Of a stretch of 64,000 nucleotides of DNA, positions 25,108 through 38,356 are shown piece after piece. The DNA comes from Elsinoe ampelina (lineage: Eukaryota), in contig ML992502.1 in assembly GCA_010093995.1 (NCBI GenBank), positions 985,001-1,049,000 on the forward strand, written 5' to 3'. Below the pieces are notes generated by a model. That model was given only the letters and a program-made list of their open reading frames with translations, was not told where the DNA came from and made no database searches. The position numbers were made by a program, and so were the translations under genes. Position 1 is the first letter of the stretch; each line of letters opens with the position of its first letter.

Positions 25108-28100
25108 ATGACGAGACTCATGTTCAGAGCAATCTGGCTCTTGCTCCTCGTCCTCGCCGCCGGAGCCGCCGCGAAGAAGGATAAGCCAGAAATCAGCGAA
25201 ACAAAATTCGAATCCTTACCGATAAACTTGTTCTACTTTGAGGACAGCGATGTGGTCATTGTGGAGGACTCTGGCCCGCAGAAGACCTATCGGTCGACTG
25301 ATGCTGGAGCAAATTGGAAAGAGATCAAGGACATTGAGCCAGGGAATTCGGTCCGGATAATACCACACCCGCTGGACAACAAGGTCGCAGTAGCGATTGG
25401 TTTGAAGCACAAGCACTGGATCACTAGCGATCAGGGTGAATCATGGACAAAGTTCGAGACCGAGTTCACCCCCATGATGAACAGGCAGCCCGTAGCCTTC
25501 CACGGCTCCAACTCGAAGAAGATCATCTTCTTGACCGATGGTTGCCCAGGTGGCGACTGCACTGGGCAAGCTCTTTACACTACCGATGGAGGTAAGACCA
25601 TTAAGAAGCTGCGCGATAAGATTGTACAATGCATGTGGGCAAAGGGCACCGACCTGTTTACGACGGGAAGCGACGAACACGATGAGGACCAGACCATGTG
25701 TATCGCCGAAGGCAAATACTCGCACTTTATCAAAGACAATCGCCTAGTGGTCAGCAACAACTACTTCGAGGACGAATTCGAGCCGGCAATGGATGGCGAT
25801 CGCAGAGTCCAAGGCCAAGTTAATATGGCGGCTGTCAAGGGCTTCATCGCAGTAGCCGCTAAGAGCGAGGGAAGCCTGGAGCTTGGGCTATATGTCACAG
25901 ACGATGTCAAACAGTGGCATAGAGCCGAGTTCAGCGGACATCGACTTGAAGAAGATGCCTACACGATCCTCGAGTCTACGAATTACTCCATGCAGATCGA
26001 CGTCATGTCCACCAAGCCAGACTCGCCAATGGGTACACTCTTCACCAGCAATTCAAATGGAACCTACTTTACCGAGAATATCAGGCACACGAATCGCAAC
26101 AGGCAAGGTTTTGTGGACTTTGAGAAGATTCAGAACATACAAGGTCTTGCGCTGGTCAACACGGTCGAGAACTGGCAAGAAGCCGAGCGATCTGGCTTTG
26201 TAGCAAGGGACATCGTCACACGCATGAGCTTCGACGATGGACGGACGTGGCAGAAGCTGAAGGCGGGCGAGGACGACCTGCATCTACACTCTGTAACCAG
26301 CCAGCGGAACTCTGGCAGGATCTTCTCGAGCCCAGCACCAGGTATCGTCATGGGTGTAGGTAACACCGGAAAATCTCTCAAGCCGTGGGACGAATGCGAT
26401 ACCTATGTGTCGGACGATGCTGGAGTGTCATGGAAGAAAGCGGTCAGTAAGCCTCATCTGTACGAGTTTGGCGGCCAAGGATCTATCCTTGTCGCCGTCG
26501 AAGACAAGGAGACAAAGGAGGTCAAATTCAGCATCAACCACGGCAAAGATTGGACGACTTTCGAGCTCGAAGACAAGGTTAAACCTGTGACTCTGGTCAC
26601 CGTACCAGACTCGACCAACTTGAAATTCATCCTTACCGCAAATAAGGGTTCAGGGTCCGACACAAAGCACTACACAATCTTCTTCGACTTCAATGAGCTC
26701 CACGAAAGAGAATGCAAGAGCGGCGATTTCGAGGACTGGCCCGCTCGAGTCAACGAGAAGGGCGATGCTACCTGCGTCATGGGCCACAAGCAATTCTACC
26801 GCAGGCGTAAGGCAGGTGCCGATTGCTTCGTGAATGATGAGTTCAAGGACCCAGTACCGAAGTTTGAGAAGTGCACCTGCACCGATGAAGACTACGAATG
26901 TGACTACAACTTTGTCAAGAATGAGAAGGGAGACGAGTGTGTACCCGCGGGGCCACTGGCAGCACCGCCTGACACTTGCAAGAACGGCGCAGAGAAATTC
27001 AAAGGCAGTTCTGGATATCGTCTCATCCCAGGCAACGTATGCGAGAAGAAGGGCGGCAAAGTCAAAGATGAACCCATTGAGCGGCCTTGCAAGGAAACCC
27101 AGAAGACGCCAGTCAATGGCAAGGTCAGCCATGAACTCACGGCATTCAAGGAACCAAAGGTCAAAGAATATTACTATCTTGAAAGGACGGCCGATGAGAA
27201 GGGAGATACTGTGGTCATGCAGACTTCTGATCGCCACGTCTACCTGACTCACGACCACGGCAAGACCTGGGAGCGGATCCTGAAGGACGAAGACGTGGTC
27301 GCAATCTACCCTCACCAGTACTACAACGATATCGTCTACTTCATCACCGCTTCGAACAAGGTCTTCTATTCACAAAACCGCGGTAGACGAATCAACGACT
27401 TTGAGGTTCCCGAACCTCCCAATACCGATCATGTCCAGATTCTCACCTTCCATCCCAAGGAGAAGGACTGGCTTATCTGGACCGGAGGAAAGGATTGTAA
27501 AGACCAGAGAAAGTGTCACTCGGTCGCCCACATCTCTACCAACAATGGTGGTGAATGGAAACAGCTGCTGCCATATGTCAAAAAGTGTCAATTCCTGGAC
27601 ATCGAGAAGATCCGGTATCTGCCAACAAAGGGTAACGAGAAGCTCGTGTACTGCGAGCAGCACGAGGATGAAGACCCAAAGAACAATCTTCAGCTGGTGG
27701 CCAGCGATGATTGGTTCGAGCACAAGACGACTTACTACAAGGACATCATCAGCTTTGCCACCATGTCAGAATTCATCGTTGTTGCGCTGAGGGACCAGAA
27801 GCAAAAGTCTCTTCGCATCGATGCCAGTATCGACGGCTCGACATTTGCCAACGCCCAATTCCCTAAAAACTTCCAAGTCGAGCAGCAACAAGCTTATACC
27901 GTACTTGACAGCTCTACCCACGCCATTTTCTTGCATGTCACAGTCAACAACAACGCTGACCGCGAGTTTGGCTCAATCATCAAGTCCAACAGCAACGGTA
28001 CTTCATATGTGCTGAGCGCCAGCCATGTCAACCGCAACACTGCAGCTTATGTCGATTTTGAGAAGATGCAAGGCCTTGAAGGTGTCGCCGTCATCAACAT

Positions 28101-29578
28101 TGTGGCCAATGTGGACGAGCTTCAGAAGGGTGCCGCAAAGAAGCTTCGTACGCTGATCACGCACAACGACGGGGCAGAATGGGGCGCGCTAAAGGCTCCT
28201 CCAAAGGACTCCGAGGGCAAGGCGTACGACTGCAAGGATAGATCCGAGGAGGGTTGCGCGCTTCATCTCCACGGCTATACTGAGAGGACAGATCCTCGCC
28301 ACACCTTCTCGTCTCCATCCGCCGTCGGCCTGATGATGGCTGTCGGCAACGTCGGTCCTCATCTTGGTACATTCAAGCAAGGCGATACATTCATCACTCG
28401 CGACGGCGGTATTACTTGGCACGAAGTCTTCAAAGGGACATACATGTGGGAGTATGGTGACCAAGGAGCCATCATTGTCATTGTCAAGCGCGACGTCCCC
28501 GTCAAGAGTGTTTTCTACTCTCGCGACGAAGGCAACAAATGGGCAGAGTACGAATTCACCGAGCATGCTGTCATTATCGAGGACATCTCGACTGTACCAG
28601 CGGATACATCCCGCAATTTCCTGCTCTGGGGCCGTGACGGCGATCAGCTTATCACTGTCAATCTCGACTTCTCCGGTCTTACTGACAAGCAGTGCAAGAT
28701 TGACGAGGAGAATCCAGAAAGAGAGGACCTTGACTACTATCTCTGGCGACCGAAGCACCCATTGTCTCAGGACGACTGCCTTTTCGGTCACATCGCTCAG
28801 TATCATCGCAAGAAGATCGAATCCGACTGCTACAACGGCAAAGAGATCAACCATCTCCACGACTCGACTCAGAACTGCACTTGCACCCGGCAGGACTTTG
28901 AGTGGTAAGTCACCCTAAAACCCCTGTCTACCCCAGTACTAACAATTTCGCAGCGACTACAATTACGAACGCCAACGTGACGGCTCATGCAGACTCGTCG
29001 AAGGCCTCCAACCCCTCGACCACTCGGCCATCTGCAAAGAAGACCCCAACGCCGTTGAATGGTTCGAACCCACAGGCTACCGCCGCATCCCTCTCACCAC
29101 CTGCTCCGGCGGTAGAGAGATGGAGTACTCCGCCCAAAGCCACCCTTGCCCTGGCAAAGAGCAGCAATACGCGGAGAAGAACGGCATCGGTGCATGGGGC
29201 ACTTTCTTCGCCATCGTCATCCCCATTTCTGCAGCCGCGGGTGTGGGTTACTGGGTCTACAAGAACTGGGACGGCAAGTTTGGCCGGATCAGGTTGGGTG
29301 ACGGACCTACTGCGGGCGGCATGTTGGACGGAGACAGTCCGCTTGTGAAGATCCCGGTGCTGGCTATCAGTGGCGTTGTGGCCGTAGCCGCTGCTCTGCC
29401 GATGCTGTTGGGTAGTTTGTGGAGGGCTGTGGTTGGCAGGTTTGGAGGGAGGGCAGGGTATGGTTACTCAAGGCCGTACACGAGTCGGGGGAGTTTCCAG
29501 CGGAGTAGGGGGGATTATGCTGTGGTTGATGAGGATGAGGGGGAGTTGTTGGGGGAGGAGAGCGATGAGGAGGTGTGA
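25108..29578 (+). CDS. VPS10: Vacuolar protein sorting receptor Vps10 (sortilin family)
   Basis: Signal peptide; two Vps10 domains with Asp-box repeats (S.D.G.TW), SNSNGT and VDFEK motifs; 10CC Cys-rich modules; intron 28905..28953 (DFEC|DYNY); TM helix; cytosolic YAVV and acidic ELL motifs. Confidence 0.97.
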
Positions 29579-30078
29579 GGGGTGGTGGATTTGGGTATGA
29601 TCCTTAGCGTTGGTAGCATGGACGAGGGGAATGTACATTTGCGACATGTCGCTATGGTTTGGGCATGCATTGCCGCGAGAATGTGCCAGAGTACGTGGAC
29701 GGAGTCGTCAGCTTGGGGTTGCGAGTACAGTCAGCCACTTTCCCATGGCAGAAGCCTATCGTCCGGGAGCGAGGGAGCAAGGGTGAGCTCCAAAAGTCCA
29801 GAATCTGTGGATTCATTACGTATTACTCTACGCCTCTAGAGATTTTCAGATGCTGTGTGCTATTGCTGGTAGTTTTATTCGGCTCTAAAACTACCACAGC
29901 TGATTCAAGCCTTGGACCCTCGGACTGTTGCGCGTGGACATGGCCGCAGAGCCGCACTGTCAGTAGAATGCACTTGCATCCTTTCTCTTCTCACGCTCGT
30001 AATCGTCTTACCTTGAGATGCCGATTGCGACCAAGTCAGCAGTCTCTTCTCTACAATCCGGCTCAGTCGTACCGCATG

Positions 30079-30088
30079 CTGAAAATAG
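30079..30088. promoter_or_regulatory. Possible Rlm1/MEF2-like site upstream of the CRH gene
   Basis: CTGAAAATAG, one mismatch to CTA(A/T)4TAG, about 600 bp upstream of a CRH-family gene. This class is a known cell-wall-integrity target. Confidence 0.25.
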
Positions 30089-30688
30089 CACCTTTCTCTC
30101 AGACCTTCGCCCAAGGAACAGCCGATAACCGGCAAACGGTAGATCGTTGCCGCGTACTCGTAACCACAGCACGTTGATACGAGAGCCCAGGCCAACGACG
30201 CAGTTGCTGCAGGAACTTGACCTCTCTCACACTCCATGACCAGTGTCTGCTGGCCGGCATCCTACATCCGGACCGTCCCTGTCATCGTTCTCCGAATCTT
30301 GTCTTCCTTTCCACGCCATCTTGGTCCCATTTCAATCCAGACTAACGACAATTGACTTTCATATCACGATAGAGGGGCTCCGGACGTCTTATCGACTGTC
30401 ACCTACGCAGTCGTTCGATGAGGCTCAGCTCCTCAGTTTGCGTCCGGCCCCTCCGTACTGCAACGGTATTCATGTCGTAAGTCGTTCATAAAGGCCTCAT
30501 GTCTCTCGTGTTCGTAATGCTATCCTCCCATCCCTTACCCTCCTCTCCCGAAATACCACTCCTTCTTTTGTATTTCAGTCGTACGCTAGCCGTCGACAAT
30601 ACACTACTCTCACTCGCTACACCTTTCGAACTACCCACACTCGCTCCCATTTCCTCTCAACTGCCAAGTCACCATCCAAGTCGTCAAT

Positions 30689-32035
30689 ATGCAATTCACC
30701 ATCGCGGCCCTCGCTGCTCTTGCAGCTCTCCCAACCACATTCGGACAAACATTTACAGATTGCAACCCACTTGAGAAGACCTGCCCGGCAGATTCAGGCC
30801 TTCAATCATCAAGTTTCGAAACCGACTTCACTCAAGGAAAAGCCCAGGGCTGGACCCTCGCGGCAGGAACAACACTCAACTATGGATCCCAGGGTGCCGA
30901 GTTCACCATCGCCAAGCAGGGACAGGCTCCCACGATCGAGAGTGACTTTCACATTCTGTTCGGTACCCTAGAAGTCAAGATGCAGGCTGCGCCTGGTGTG
31001 GGTATCGTCAGCTCGATCGTGTTGGAGTCTGCCGACCTGGACGAAATTGATTGGGAGTTTATCGGAGGAGATACGGCACGAGCACAGTCAAACTATTTTG
31101 GCAAGGGCAACACCACATCGTACGACCGTGTTGGCTACTTACCAGTCGTGCCTCCTCCTCAGACTTCCGTTCACACCTACACACTCACCTGGACGCCATC
31201 TCAACTCGTTTACTCGATCGATGGCGTTCAGATGCGTGTACTCAACGCCGCCGACGCCAATGGCGGTAACAACTACCCGCAAACGCCGATGAAGGTCAAG
31301 CTCGGTAGCTGGGCTGGCGGTGCTCCTGACTCCCCAGCAGGCACTGCAGAGTGGGCAGGAGGCCGCACCGACTATAGCGCTGGTCCCTTCACCATGTACG
31401 TCCAGTCTGTCAAGATCACCAACTTGTATCCTGCGAAGGAGTACGTCTGGACGGACAGGTCTGGTAGCTGGCAGTCAATCCAGGTTGTTGGTGGTAGCAG
31501 TCCTGTCAACCAGGCTGCGAGCAGCAGCAACAGCAACAGCAATGGTAACAGTGGTAACAGCAACGGCAACAACAACAACAACAACTCTGGTAGTACCTCC
31601 GCCGCCGCTCCTGCGTCGACCACCGACAAGAAGACCGACGAGGCCAAGACAGAAACGCCCAAGACAACAGAGATTGCTAGCCCTGTGCAGAAGGCCGCCG
31701 CTACCACCACCGACGCCTCTAGCACCAAGTCTGAGTCTGCTTCAAAGACCAAAACGGATGAGCAGACTACCCATACCGACAAGGCGAACGCCACCGCAAG
31801 CGAAACGCACTCCAAGAATGGCACGTCATCATTCACCACCACCACAAGGACAAGTGAAGCTACTCCCGCCGTCCGCAACGGCAATACGACCACCACCGGC
31901 TCTGGCACACGATCCGGCAGCGCGACCTCATCAACGGTATCGCCTGCCCGCCAGACAGGTGGAGCATCCAGCAACTCTGCCATGACGGGTCTGATCCTGA
32001 TCTTCACCCTCAGCATGTGCATGCTAATGCTCTAA
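30689..32035 (+). CDS. CRH1: GH16 Crh-family chitin transglycosylase, GPI-anchored
   Basis: Signal peptide, QTFTDCNPLEKTCPAD, catalytic DLDEIDWE, NYFGKG, YPQTPM.VKLGSWAGG, Ser/Thr/Asn-rich stalk, hydrophobic GPI tail. Confidence 0.93.
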   Translation: MQFTIAALAALAALPTTFGQTFTDCNPLEKTCPADSGLQSSSFETDFTQGKAQGWTLAAGTTLNYGSQGAEFTIAKQGQAPTIESDFHILFGTLEVKMQAAPGVGIVSSIVLESADLDEIDWEFIGGDTARAQSNYFGKGNTTSYDRVGYLPVVPPPQTSVHTYTLTWTPSQLVYSIDGVQMRVLNAADANGGNNYPQTPMKVKLGSWAGGAPDSPAGTAEWAGGRTDYSAGPFTMYVQSVKITNLYPAKEYVWTDRSGSWQSIQVVGGSSPVNQAASSSNSNSNGNSGNSNGNNNNNNSGSTSAAAPASTTDKKTDEAKTETPKTTEIASPVQKAAATTTDASSTKSESASKTKTDEQTTHTDKANATASETHSKNGTSSFTTTTRTSEATPAVRNGNTTTTGSGTRSGSATSSTVSPARQTGGASSNSAMTGLILIFTLSMCMLML

Positions 32036-32597
32036 TCACGAGCACTGCTTCGGTGCATCCTGTTCATGATTTAGCGAGTCGTATTTTGCATGCTTTGGAA
32101 ACGCCCACAAAGATTGTAATAGATGTATAACAAGAGTAAGAGATATTACATTCGACACGTAATGGTAGAGGGATGCATAGTGGTAAAGCCAGAAGGAGTA
32201 TCGCAGGCGATATCCGATGAGCATTGTGGGGTTGATCGACGCGGCCCTTTAGATAGCCAAAGAAATCAACACTTTTGACCAATCGTTTGCCCGCGTGTGT
32301 GAGATGTTTGTTAAACTTTTGGGGGCTGCGGTTCGCGGGTCTGACAATAATGAATGACTGTTGGACGAGAAGCTTGGGATCATGAGAGGAAACAAAGAAT
32401 TCTGATTTTACGTCTTGCTGTCTTTGTCATTCTTTCAATTGCGTTGCTTTCTGTGTAGAGTATCTGAACGAACAGGATACTCCCAGACTGCGCAGAACAG
32501 CAAGTAACTCGCAAGCTGGTCTGCAAGCGTCCCAAGCTTCACTATTCTTTACTCCACGAGCAGCGACTCCCACCACACCTGTCTACAACCTACAGCC

Positions 32598-35582
32598 ATG
32601 TGTCCACCTAGCATGCGTCCCCTGCGCACACGCACCGGTTTCGAAGAAGGCTCTTCCTCCTCCGCCGACGAAGAGCTCTACGACTCCCCCTCCGACACCG
32701 ACCTAGCCTCCGAGAATGGCGGCCACGAATCCATGTCCACCAGCCAACTCGCCGCCCTCTCCCTCTCCCAAACCCTCTCCGGCCACGGCCACGACCCATC
32801 CCAAGACGACCCCTCCTCCACCTCCCTCCCGCGCTCCGAATCCCTCGCCCTCCTCACCTCGGACGATCCGGACCTCCTCCCCCGCGACCGCCAGCGCCGC
32901 ACCACCCACTACAACTACACCCTCGAGAAAGCCATGTCCCACAGCGAAGCGAAGCAGTTCTACCAACGCCAGCGCGGCGAAGGCGGGGACGGCTCCTTCT
33001 CCCCCGTCGCGCCGAGGGTGTCACGCAAAGGCTCGCTCAAGTCGCGGCGCAGCAACGTCTCGCTCGCGGCCACGGCGGGGAAGGAGAGTGCGTACAAGAG
33101 CGTCGCGCCTGTTGGGTTGGCGAACCCGGATAAAGACCCCGCGGCCGCCAACGTCCAGATGCCCGAGCTGGGAGGTGTGGATCCTTACTTGGCTGCCGAC
33201 AGGGAAGCGAGGAGACACGATCGTCACACTGGGGTACCGCATGAGCAGAAGCCGATGTTGGAGCGGGAGGGGATACATGGTGCTGGGGCAGGGGTTGGTG
33301 TGGGTGGTGGACTGGACGGGTTCGCGGCGAGCGATAGTAAGGTGACGAGCGAGCTGCGGGCGATTTACAGTAATATCCAGCGGATCCTGGACATGCGACA
33401 CAAGTACATCCGGTTGAGTCTGCAGGGACCGACGGACAACCCGAAGGATGAGCCGGGTTGGAATATCTACCCCCCTCCGCCCAGGCCGGTGTGGCAGGAG
33501 AATTGGGAGGGGGAGCAGGGTGCGCAGGAGGAGAAGCCGCAGAGGAAGATGGGGACGGATATTGGGGAGGATTTTGATCTGAAGGATCTGGAGCCGTTTC
33601 CTGAGGAGGCGGAGATGTCGTATGAGATGGATGCCGCGGGGGTTTATCAGGTGTATGAGACGCAGAAGGATAAGGAGATGGATACCCCGATCGTGCATGT
33701 CCCGACGATCAAGGAGTTTTATATGGATCTGGAGACGCTGCTGGCGGTGTCGAGTGATGGGCCGACAAAGTCGTTTGCGTTTAGGCGGTTGCAGTATTTG
33801 GAGGGCAAGTTCAACTTGTACGTCCTGCTGAATGAGTATCAGGAGGTGGCGGATACAAAGGCAGTGCCACATAGGGACTTTTACAATGTCAGGAAGGTGG
33901 ATACGCACGTTCATCACTCGGCTTGTATGAACCAGAAGCATCTGCTGCGGTTTATCAAGAGCAAGATGAAGAAGTCTCCGGACGAGGTAGTGCTGTTCAG
34001 GGATGGAAAGCACTTGACGCTTAAGGAGGTGTTTGAGAGTATCAACTTGACGGCATACGATCTCTCGATTGACACACTGGACATGCACGCCCACACCGAC
34101 TCTTTCCACCGCTTCGACAAATTCAACCTCAAGTATAATCCGATCGGAGAGTCTCGCCTGCGTACCATCTTCCTCAAGACAGACAACTACATCCAAGGCA
34201 GGTATCTGGCCGAGATCACACGAGAAGTCATCTCCGATCTCGAGTCTTCAAAATACCAAATGGTCGAATGGCGCATCTCCATCTACGGCCGCACCCTCGA
34301 CGAATGGGAAAAGCTCGCCGCCTGGGTCGTCGACAACAAGCTCTACTCGCCCAACGTCCGCTGGCTGATCCAAATCCCACGCCTCTACGACGTCTACAAA
34401 GCAGCCGGCAACCTCGCCTCCTTCGAACAAGTCCTCATCAACATCTTCCAACCCCTCTTCTCCGCCACGGCCAACCCGGCCGCCCACCCCAAACTCCACG
34501 CCTTCCTCCAACGCGTCATAGGCTTCGACTCGGTCGACGACGAATCCAAAACCGAACGCCGCTTCTACCGCAAATTCCCCCTCCCCCGCGACTGGACCAA
34601 CCGCGACAACCCCCCTTACAGCTACTGGATCTACTACCTCTTCGCCAACATCTGCAGCCTCAACGTCTGGCGCAAACAGCGGGGGTTCAACACCTTCCTC
34701 CTCCGACCCCACTGCGGCGAAGCCGGCGACCCAGACCACCTCGCCGCCGCCACGCTCTGCTGCCACAGCATCTCCCACGGGCTGTTACTCCGCAAGGTAC
34801 CCTTCCTACAATACATCTTCTACATGGAACAAATCGGCGTGGCCATGTCCCCGCTCAGCAACAACGCCCTGTTCCTCGCGTACGAACGCAACCCGTTCCT
34901 GGGGTACTTCAAGCGGGGGCTCAACGTGTCGCTGTCCACCGACGACCCGCTCCAGTTCGCCTTCACAAAGGAGCCGCTCATCGAGGAATACGCCGTCGCG
35001 GCCCAGATCTACAAGCTCAACAGCGTCGACATGTGCGAGCTGGCCAAGAACAGCGTCGTGCAGTCGGGCTTCGAGATGGAGGTCAAGAAGCGCTGGTTGG
35101 GCAGGGATTTCACCCTGCCTGGTGTCAGGGGGAATGATGTCGGTAGGTGCAATGTGCCGAATATCCGCGAGGCGTTTAGGCATGAGACGCTGAGTATGGA
35201 AAGGGAGATGGTGGAGCGGTATGCGTTTGGCGGCGAGGCTGAGGGCCAAGGGGAACGCGTCGAGTTGAGGGAGGAGGCGGTGAGGAGTAAGGGGGGTGTG
35301 GGGCTCAAGGGGCCGGTGGCGGGGTTGAGAGAGGAGAGCAGGAATCCGAGTCTTTTGGTTAGGGCGAGTGTGGATGGGAGTGAGGACGGAGGGGTCACGC
35401 CGCAGAGTCCGGGGAAGGTGAGGAAGGCGGAGACGTTTCCTTTGGTTGGGGCGGAGGGGGGCATGAATCCGGTGGAGCCGAGGATGTTTCCGGGGGTGGT
35501 GAGTAGTAGGAGGAGGAGTAGTGTGGTGAGGACGGATGGGAATGTGGGTGGGGAACAGGAGGGGAAGGATGGTCTTGCGTAG
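32598..35582 (+). CDS. AMD1: AMP deaminase
   Basis: [72 protein letters not shown]. Single uninterrupted 994-aa ORF. Confidence 0.97.
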   Translation: MCPPSMRPLRTRTGFEEGSSSSADEELYDSPSDTDLASENGGHESMSTSQLAALSLSQTLSGHGHDPSQDDPSSTSLPRSESLALLTSDDPDLLPRDRQRRTTHYNYTLEKAMSHSEAKQFYQRQRGEGGDGSFSPVAPRVSRKGSLKSRRSNVSLAATAGKESAYKSVAPVGLANPDKDPAAANVQMPELGGVDPYLAADREARRHDRHTGVPHEQKPMLEREGIHGAGAGVGVGGGLDGFAASDSKVTSELRAIYSNIQRILDMRHKYIRLSLQGPTDNPKDEPGWNIYPPPPRPVWQENWEGEQGAQEEKPQRKMGTDIGEDFDLKDLEPFPEEAEMSYEMDAAGVYQVYETQKDKEMDTPIVHVPTIKEFYMDLETLLAVSSDGPTKSFAFRRLQYLEGKFNLYVLLNEYQEVADTKAVPHRDFYNVRKVDTHVHHSACMNQKHLLRFIKSKMKKSPDEVVLFRDGKHLTLKEVFESINLTAYDLSIDTLDMHAHTDSFHRFDKFNLKYNPIGESRLRTIFLKTDNYIQGRYLAEITREVISDLESSKYQMVEWRISIYGRTLDEWEKLAAWVVDNKLYSPNVRWLIQIPRLYDVYKAAGNLASFEQVLINIFQPLFSATANPAAHPKLHAFLQRVIGFDSVDDESKTERRFYRKFPLPRDWTNRDNPPYSYWIYYLFANICSLNVWRKQRGFNTFLLRPHCGEAGDPDHLAAATLCCHSISHGLLLRKVPFLQYIFYMEQIGVAMSPLSNNALFLAYERNPFLGYFKRGLNVSLSTDDPLQFAFTKEPLIEEYAVAAQIYKLNSVDMCELAKNSVVQSGFEMEVKKRWLGRDFTLPGVRGNDVGRCNVPNIREAFRHETLSMEREMVERYAFGGEAEGQGERVELREEAVRSKGGVGLKGPVAGLREESRNPSLLVRASVDGSEDGGVTPQSPGKVRKAETFPLVGAEGGMNPVEPRMFPGVVSSRRRSSVVRTDGNVGGEQEGKDGLA

Positions 35583-35777
35583 AGGAGATACCCTGGTTAG
35601 ATCTGTAGACTTGGACTGAACCGCCTTTGGGTCAATTGACATCTTTGAGAAATACTTGTGAATCATTACATTGTCCCTCGTCCAAGCTCGATGCTGCTAT
35701 CTATATGCTGTGGTATATGATACAAGTGAGAAGAAGAAAGAGAACCCGCTCATGCGACCCTTGTGTATCAAAATGAA

Positions 35778-37133
35778 TCAAGCAAAATCCGACTCCATCC
35801 GTATCGACTCTGCCTGAGCCTTCTTCTGCTGCTCCGCTTGCATCTCCAATTCATCCAACGCCTCATAGTATCCCTCCATTTGCCAGCGTCGAGCTTGCAT
35901 CCAGAATCGCAGCTTGCCCACATCCTTGCCCATGATCCACCATTTCTCGTGAACAGACTTGACGCCCTTTTCCACGTCCGTCATGTTAGGGTAATGGATA
36001 TTGTAAATTGTGTTGACTTGCTGCCAGGGCATGTTTCCATCTCTTCTATGGATGGCGTTCATGAGATTCTGCTCCGGGAGTTTGGAATCGAACGAGTCGG
36101 GCATTTCGAGAACGGAGAGGTAGTACTTGAGCATCTCCACGTCGGGCTTGATGATAAAGAAGCCAGCATTGAGGTATCGCCGGTTTGGCCAGTCACGGCC
36201 TTCTTGCGTGGGTGGGAACTCGTGGCCATGAGCGGATTCAGCATTTCCGGCAAAGACGTACGTGTCAGGTGCCTCGATAGCGCCAGGAATGTTCATATGT
36301 ATGTTCCTCAGGTTGTAGCGCTCTTCCACAGCCGGGTCATCAAAGACGTCATCAATTGGCTTGGAAAGGACAGTGTCGACGTCGAGGAAGGCAATCCTTT
36401 CGAAATCGGTGAATTCGAAAAGACGAAGCTTGGTCAAAACAGAGTCCCAGCCTGACCACCCTGCTTTAGTCCAGCTGGCCGAGAGAGAAGGTACCTGGAC
36501 AACTACAGCGCCATCCTTTCGCAGACGCTGGCGTTGGTGTTCGGGCACTCGTTCGGCGACAATGACAATGACCGGCACGGTATAATTCTGACTCTTGGTC
36601 TCCTTGGAGTGAAGTAGCTGCCAGACCAAAAGACGGGTCGCAATGAAGTAGGTGTCAATCTCGTATGGGTACTCCTTTTCCGAGCCAGACAAGAATGTCG
36701 CGAAAGCGAATCTCGCTTTGACACCTGGAATGCTGACTGCTCTTGGTTCGTCATTCGGGATGCGATGAGGTAGATCGTGAGAGACTGGTATGACGGGTTT
36801 CGGCACTGACACTGCCACCGGGACGGGCTTTGGGTTTTGTGGTTGCTCGTGCTCGTACTCGTGCTCGGGGACAGGCTCGGGCTCAGGTTCCGGGAAAGAT
36901 GGAGTCTCCTCCAAGGGCATAGGCTCTTCGACTTGTCCACCGCTCAGATGCTCTCTCAGAAAGTCTCTTGAATGCGATGACAGAGACGCGACTGATGGTA
37001 CCGAGACGGATCCAGGACTGAATGCCAGTATCGAGACCAAGATGAGGAGGACGGCGAATGTGGCGAGCGAGTAGACTGGTTTGGATCGCATCCAGCTGTG
37101 TTGCGGCACAGAATGCCTAGAGAAAGCGGCCAT
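35778..37133 (-). CDS. Glycosyltransferase family 8, type II membrane protein (glycogenin/Gnt1-like)
   Basis: N-terminal TM and Pro/Glu stem; FAFATFL...YFIATRLL...LTKLRLFEFTDFERIAFLDVD (DxD)...YLNAGFFIIKP...PEQNLMN...HEKWW. Confidence 0.9.
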   Translation of the reverse strand: MAAFSRHSVPQHSWMRSKPVYSLATFAVLLILVSILAFSPGSVSVPSVASLSSHSRDFLREHLSGGQVEEPMPLEETPSFPEPEPEPVPEHEYEHEQPQNPKPVPVAVSVPKPVIPVSHDLPHRIPNDEPRAVSIPGVKARFAFATFLSGSEKEYPYEIDTYFIATRLLVWQLLHSKETKSQNYTVPVIVIVAERVPEHQRQRLRKDGAVVVQVPSLSASWTKAGWSGWDSVLTKLRLFEFTDFERIAFLDVDTVLSKPIDDVFDDPAVEERYNLRNIHMNIPGAIEAPDTYVFAGNAESAHGHEFPPTQEGRDWPNRRYLNAGFFIIKPDVEMLKYYLSVLEMPDSFDSKLPEQNLMNAIHRRDGNMPWQQVNTIYNIHYPNMTDVEKGVKSVHEKWWIMGKDVGKLRFWMQARRWQMEGYYEALDELEMQAEQQKKAQAESIRMESDFA

Positions 37134-38356
37134 GATGGTATGTGGGGATACAGGTGATTCGGGTGAGGAGGAGGGGAGCGGAAAGAAAGGAAAGCGGGAC
37201 AGAGATAACAAGCTCTATGAAAAGGTCTAGGCAAGGTTGTTTCGCAAAGGAGACGAATCCCTTGCAGGCTATGATGCAGTAGGGTAAACGTCTGAAGACA
37301 AGATTAGAGCATCATCTTAGCAAGAATCCGTCGAGGGTGGTGGTTTTGTGTCTGACCCGGTCGAGGCAGGTGCTGCTTTGCGCGATGGCCCTTTCAATTT
37401 GCTGATGAAATGTCGTGCAGTCATTATTCGTGTCACTCTTGCCTCGTAATTGACAATATCCTGAACTGGTCAACACAAGGTCACCTCAAGCCTCGATGTG
37501 AGGCTTCACAACCAAAGGGGGAGGGCAAATGTCGTCCATCCGTGCTTTACAAAGGGGTTTACCTCCAACGGCCGAACGGCGCGCACATGGTAGGAAAATG
37601 TCGTGCTTCAGGCTAGCAAACATGGCCATCATGCATTGGATATGCCCATGATGGCAGTGGTTGTTTTGAGCATGGCGCATGAATGGAAAGTGTGATGGCG
37701 GATGGAATAGGGATTCGTATAGCTGACTGTCGTTCTGGTAGTAATTTTTGAGGTACCCGAGCACGCCGAGGTTACAGTATATAGGTGGCGTCGAATTTTA
37801 CGGTGCTCACGCTTGCATTGAGAAAATTGAGCCACTTCTGTGGCAGATGCTCGTGTTCACGAAGAGATGTTCGTATGACCTATGGAGCTGTACGCATTAC
37901 CAAAACTACCAGATCAGACGCCATGAGTCTAATGTTATGCTAGAACCGCAGCCAAACCTGGTAGGATGCCAGGCTTGTCATCTCTTTCGTGGACCAATCG
38001 ATCCTTGCTTGGCTTCGCATAAGCGCGGGAGATGGTTTCTTCCTGTTGGGGAGACTTGGTGTCGGCTTACTTTTTGGCAGAGTGTCGGCCATCGGAGCAA
38101 TTGACAAAACTTGCCCCTCACTTCCCCACTGACGCCATCCCAAAATGGGGCCTCTAGGCCTGCTCACCTTCCTCGACTTAATAATCAACAATCGTAGCTA
38201 AGGACATCTTAACGCCGTCGCGGGCCTAAGATGACTGCTGACTAGACGACATGTTGCATATAATACCAACATAAGTCAACTGCTTAAGCAACGTCCCTAC
38301 CTCTTCACTACCACAATACTAAACACTTGATCGCTACATACAATCCCTCTACAATC

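Noticed and set aside
29060..29075. GGTTCGAACCC B-box-like sequence
   Set aside because: Inside the VPS10 CDS (WFEP); no cloverleaf.
33021..35666. Long antisense and alternate-frame ORFs over AMD1 (also over PBN1, GRF, YEA4, CAB1)
   Set aside because: Shadow ORFs caused by stop-poor C/G-skewed codon usage.
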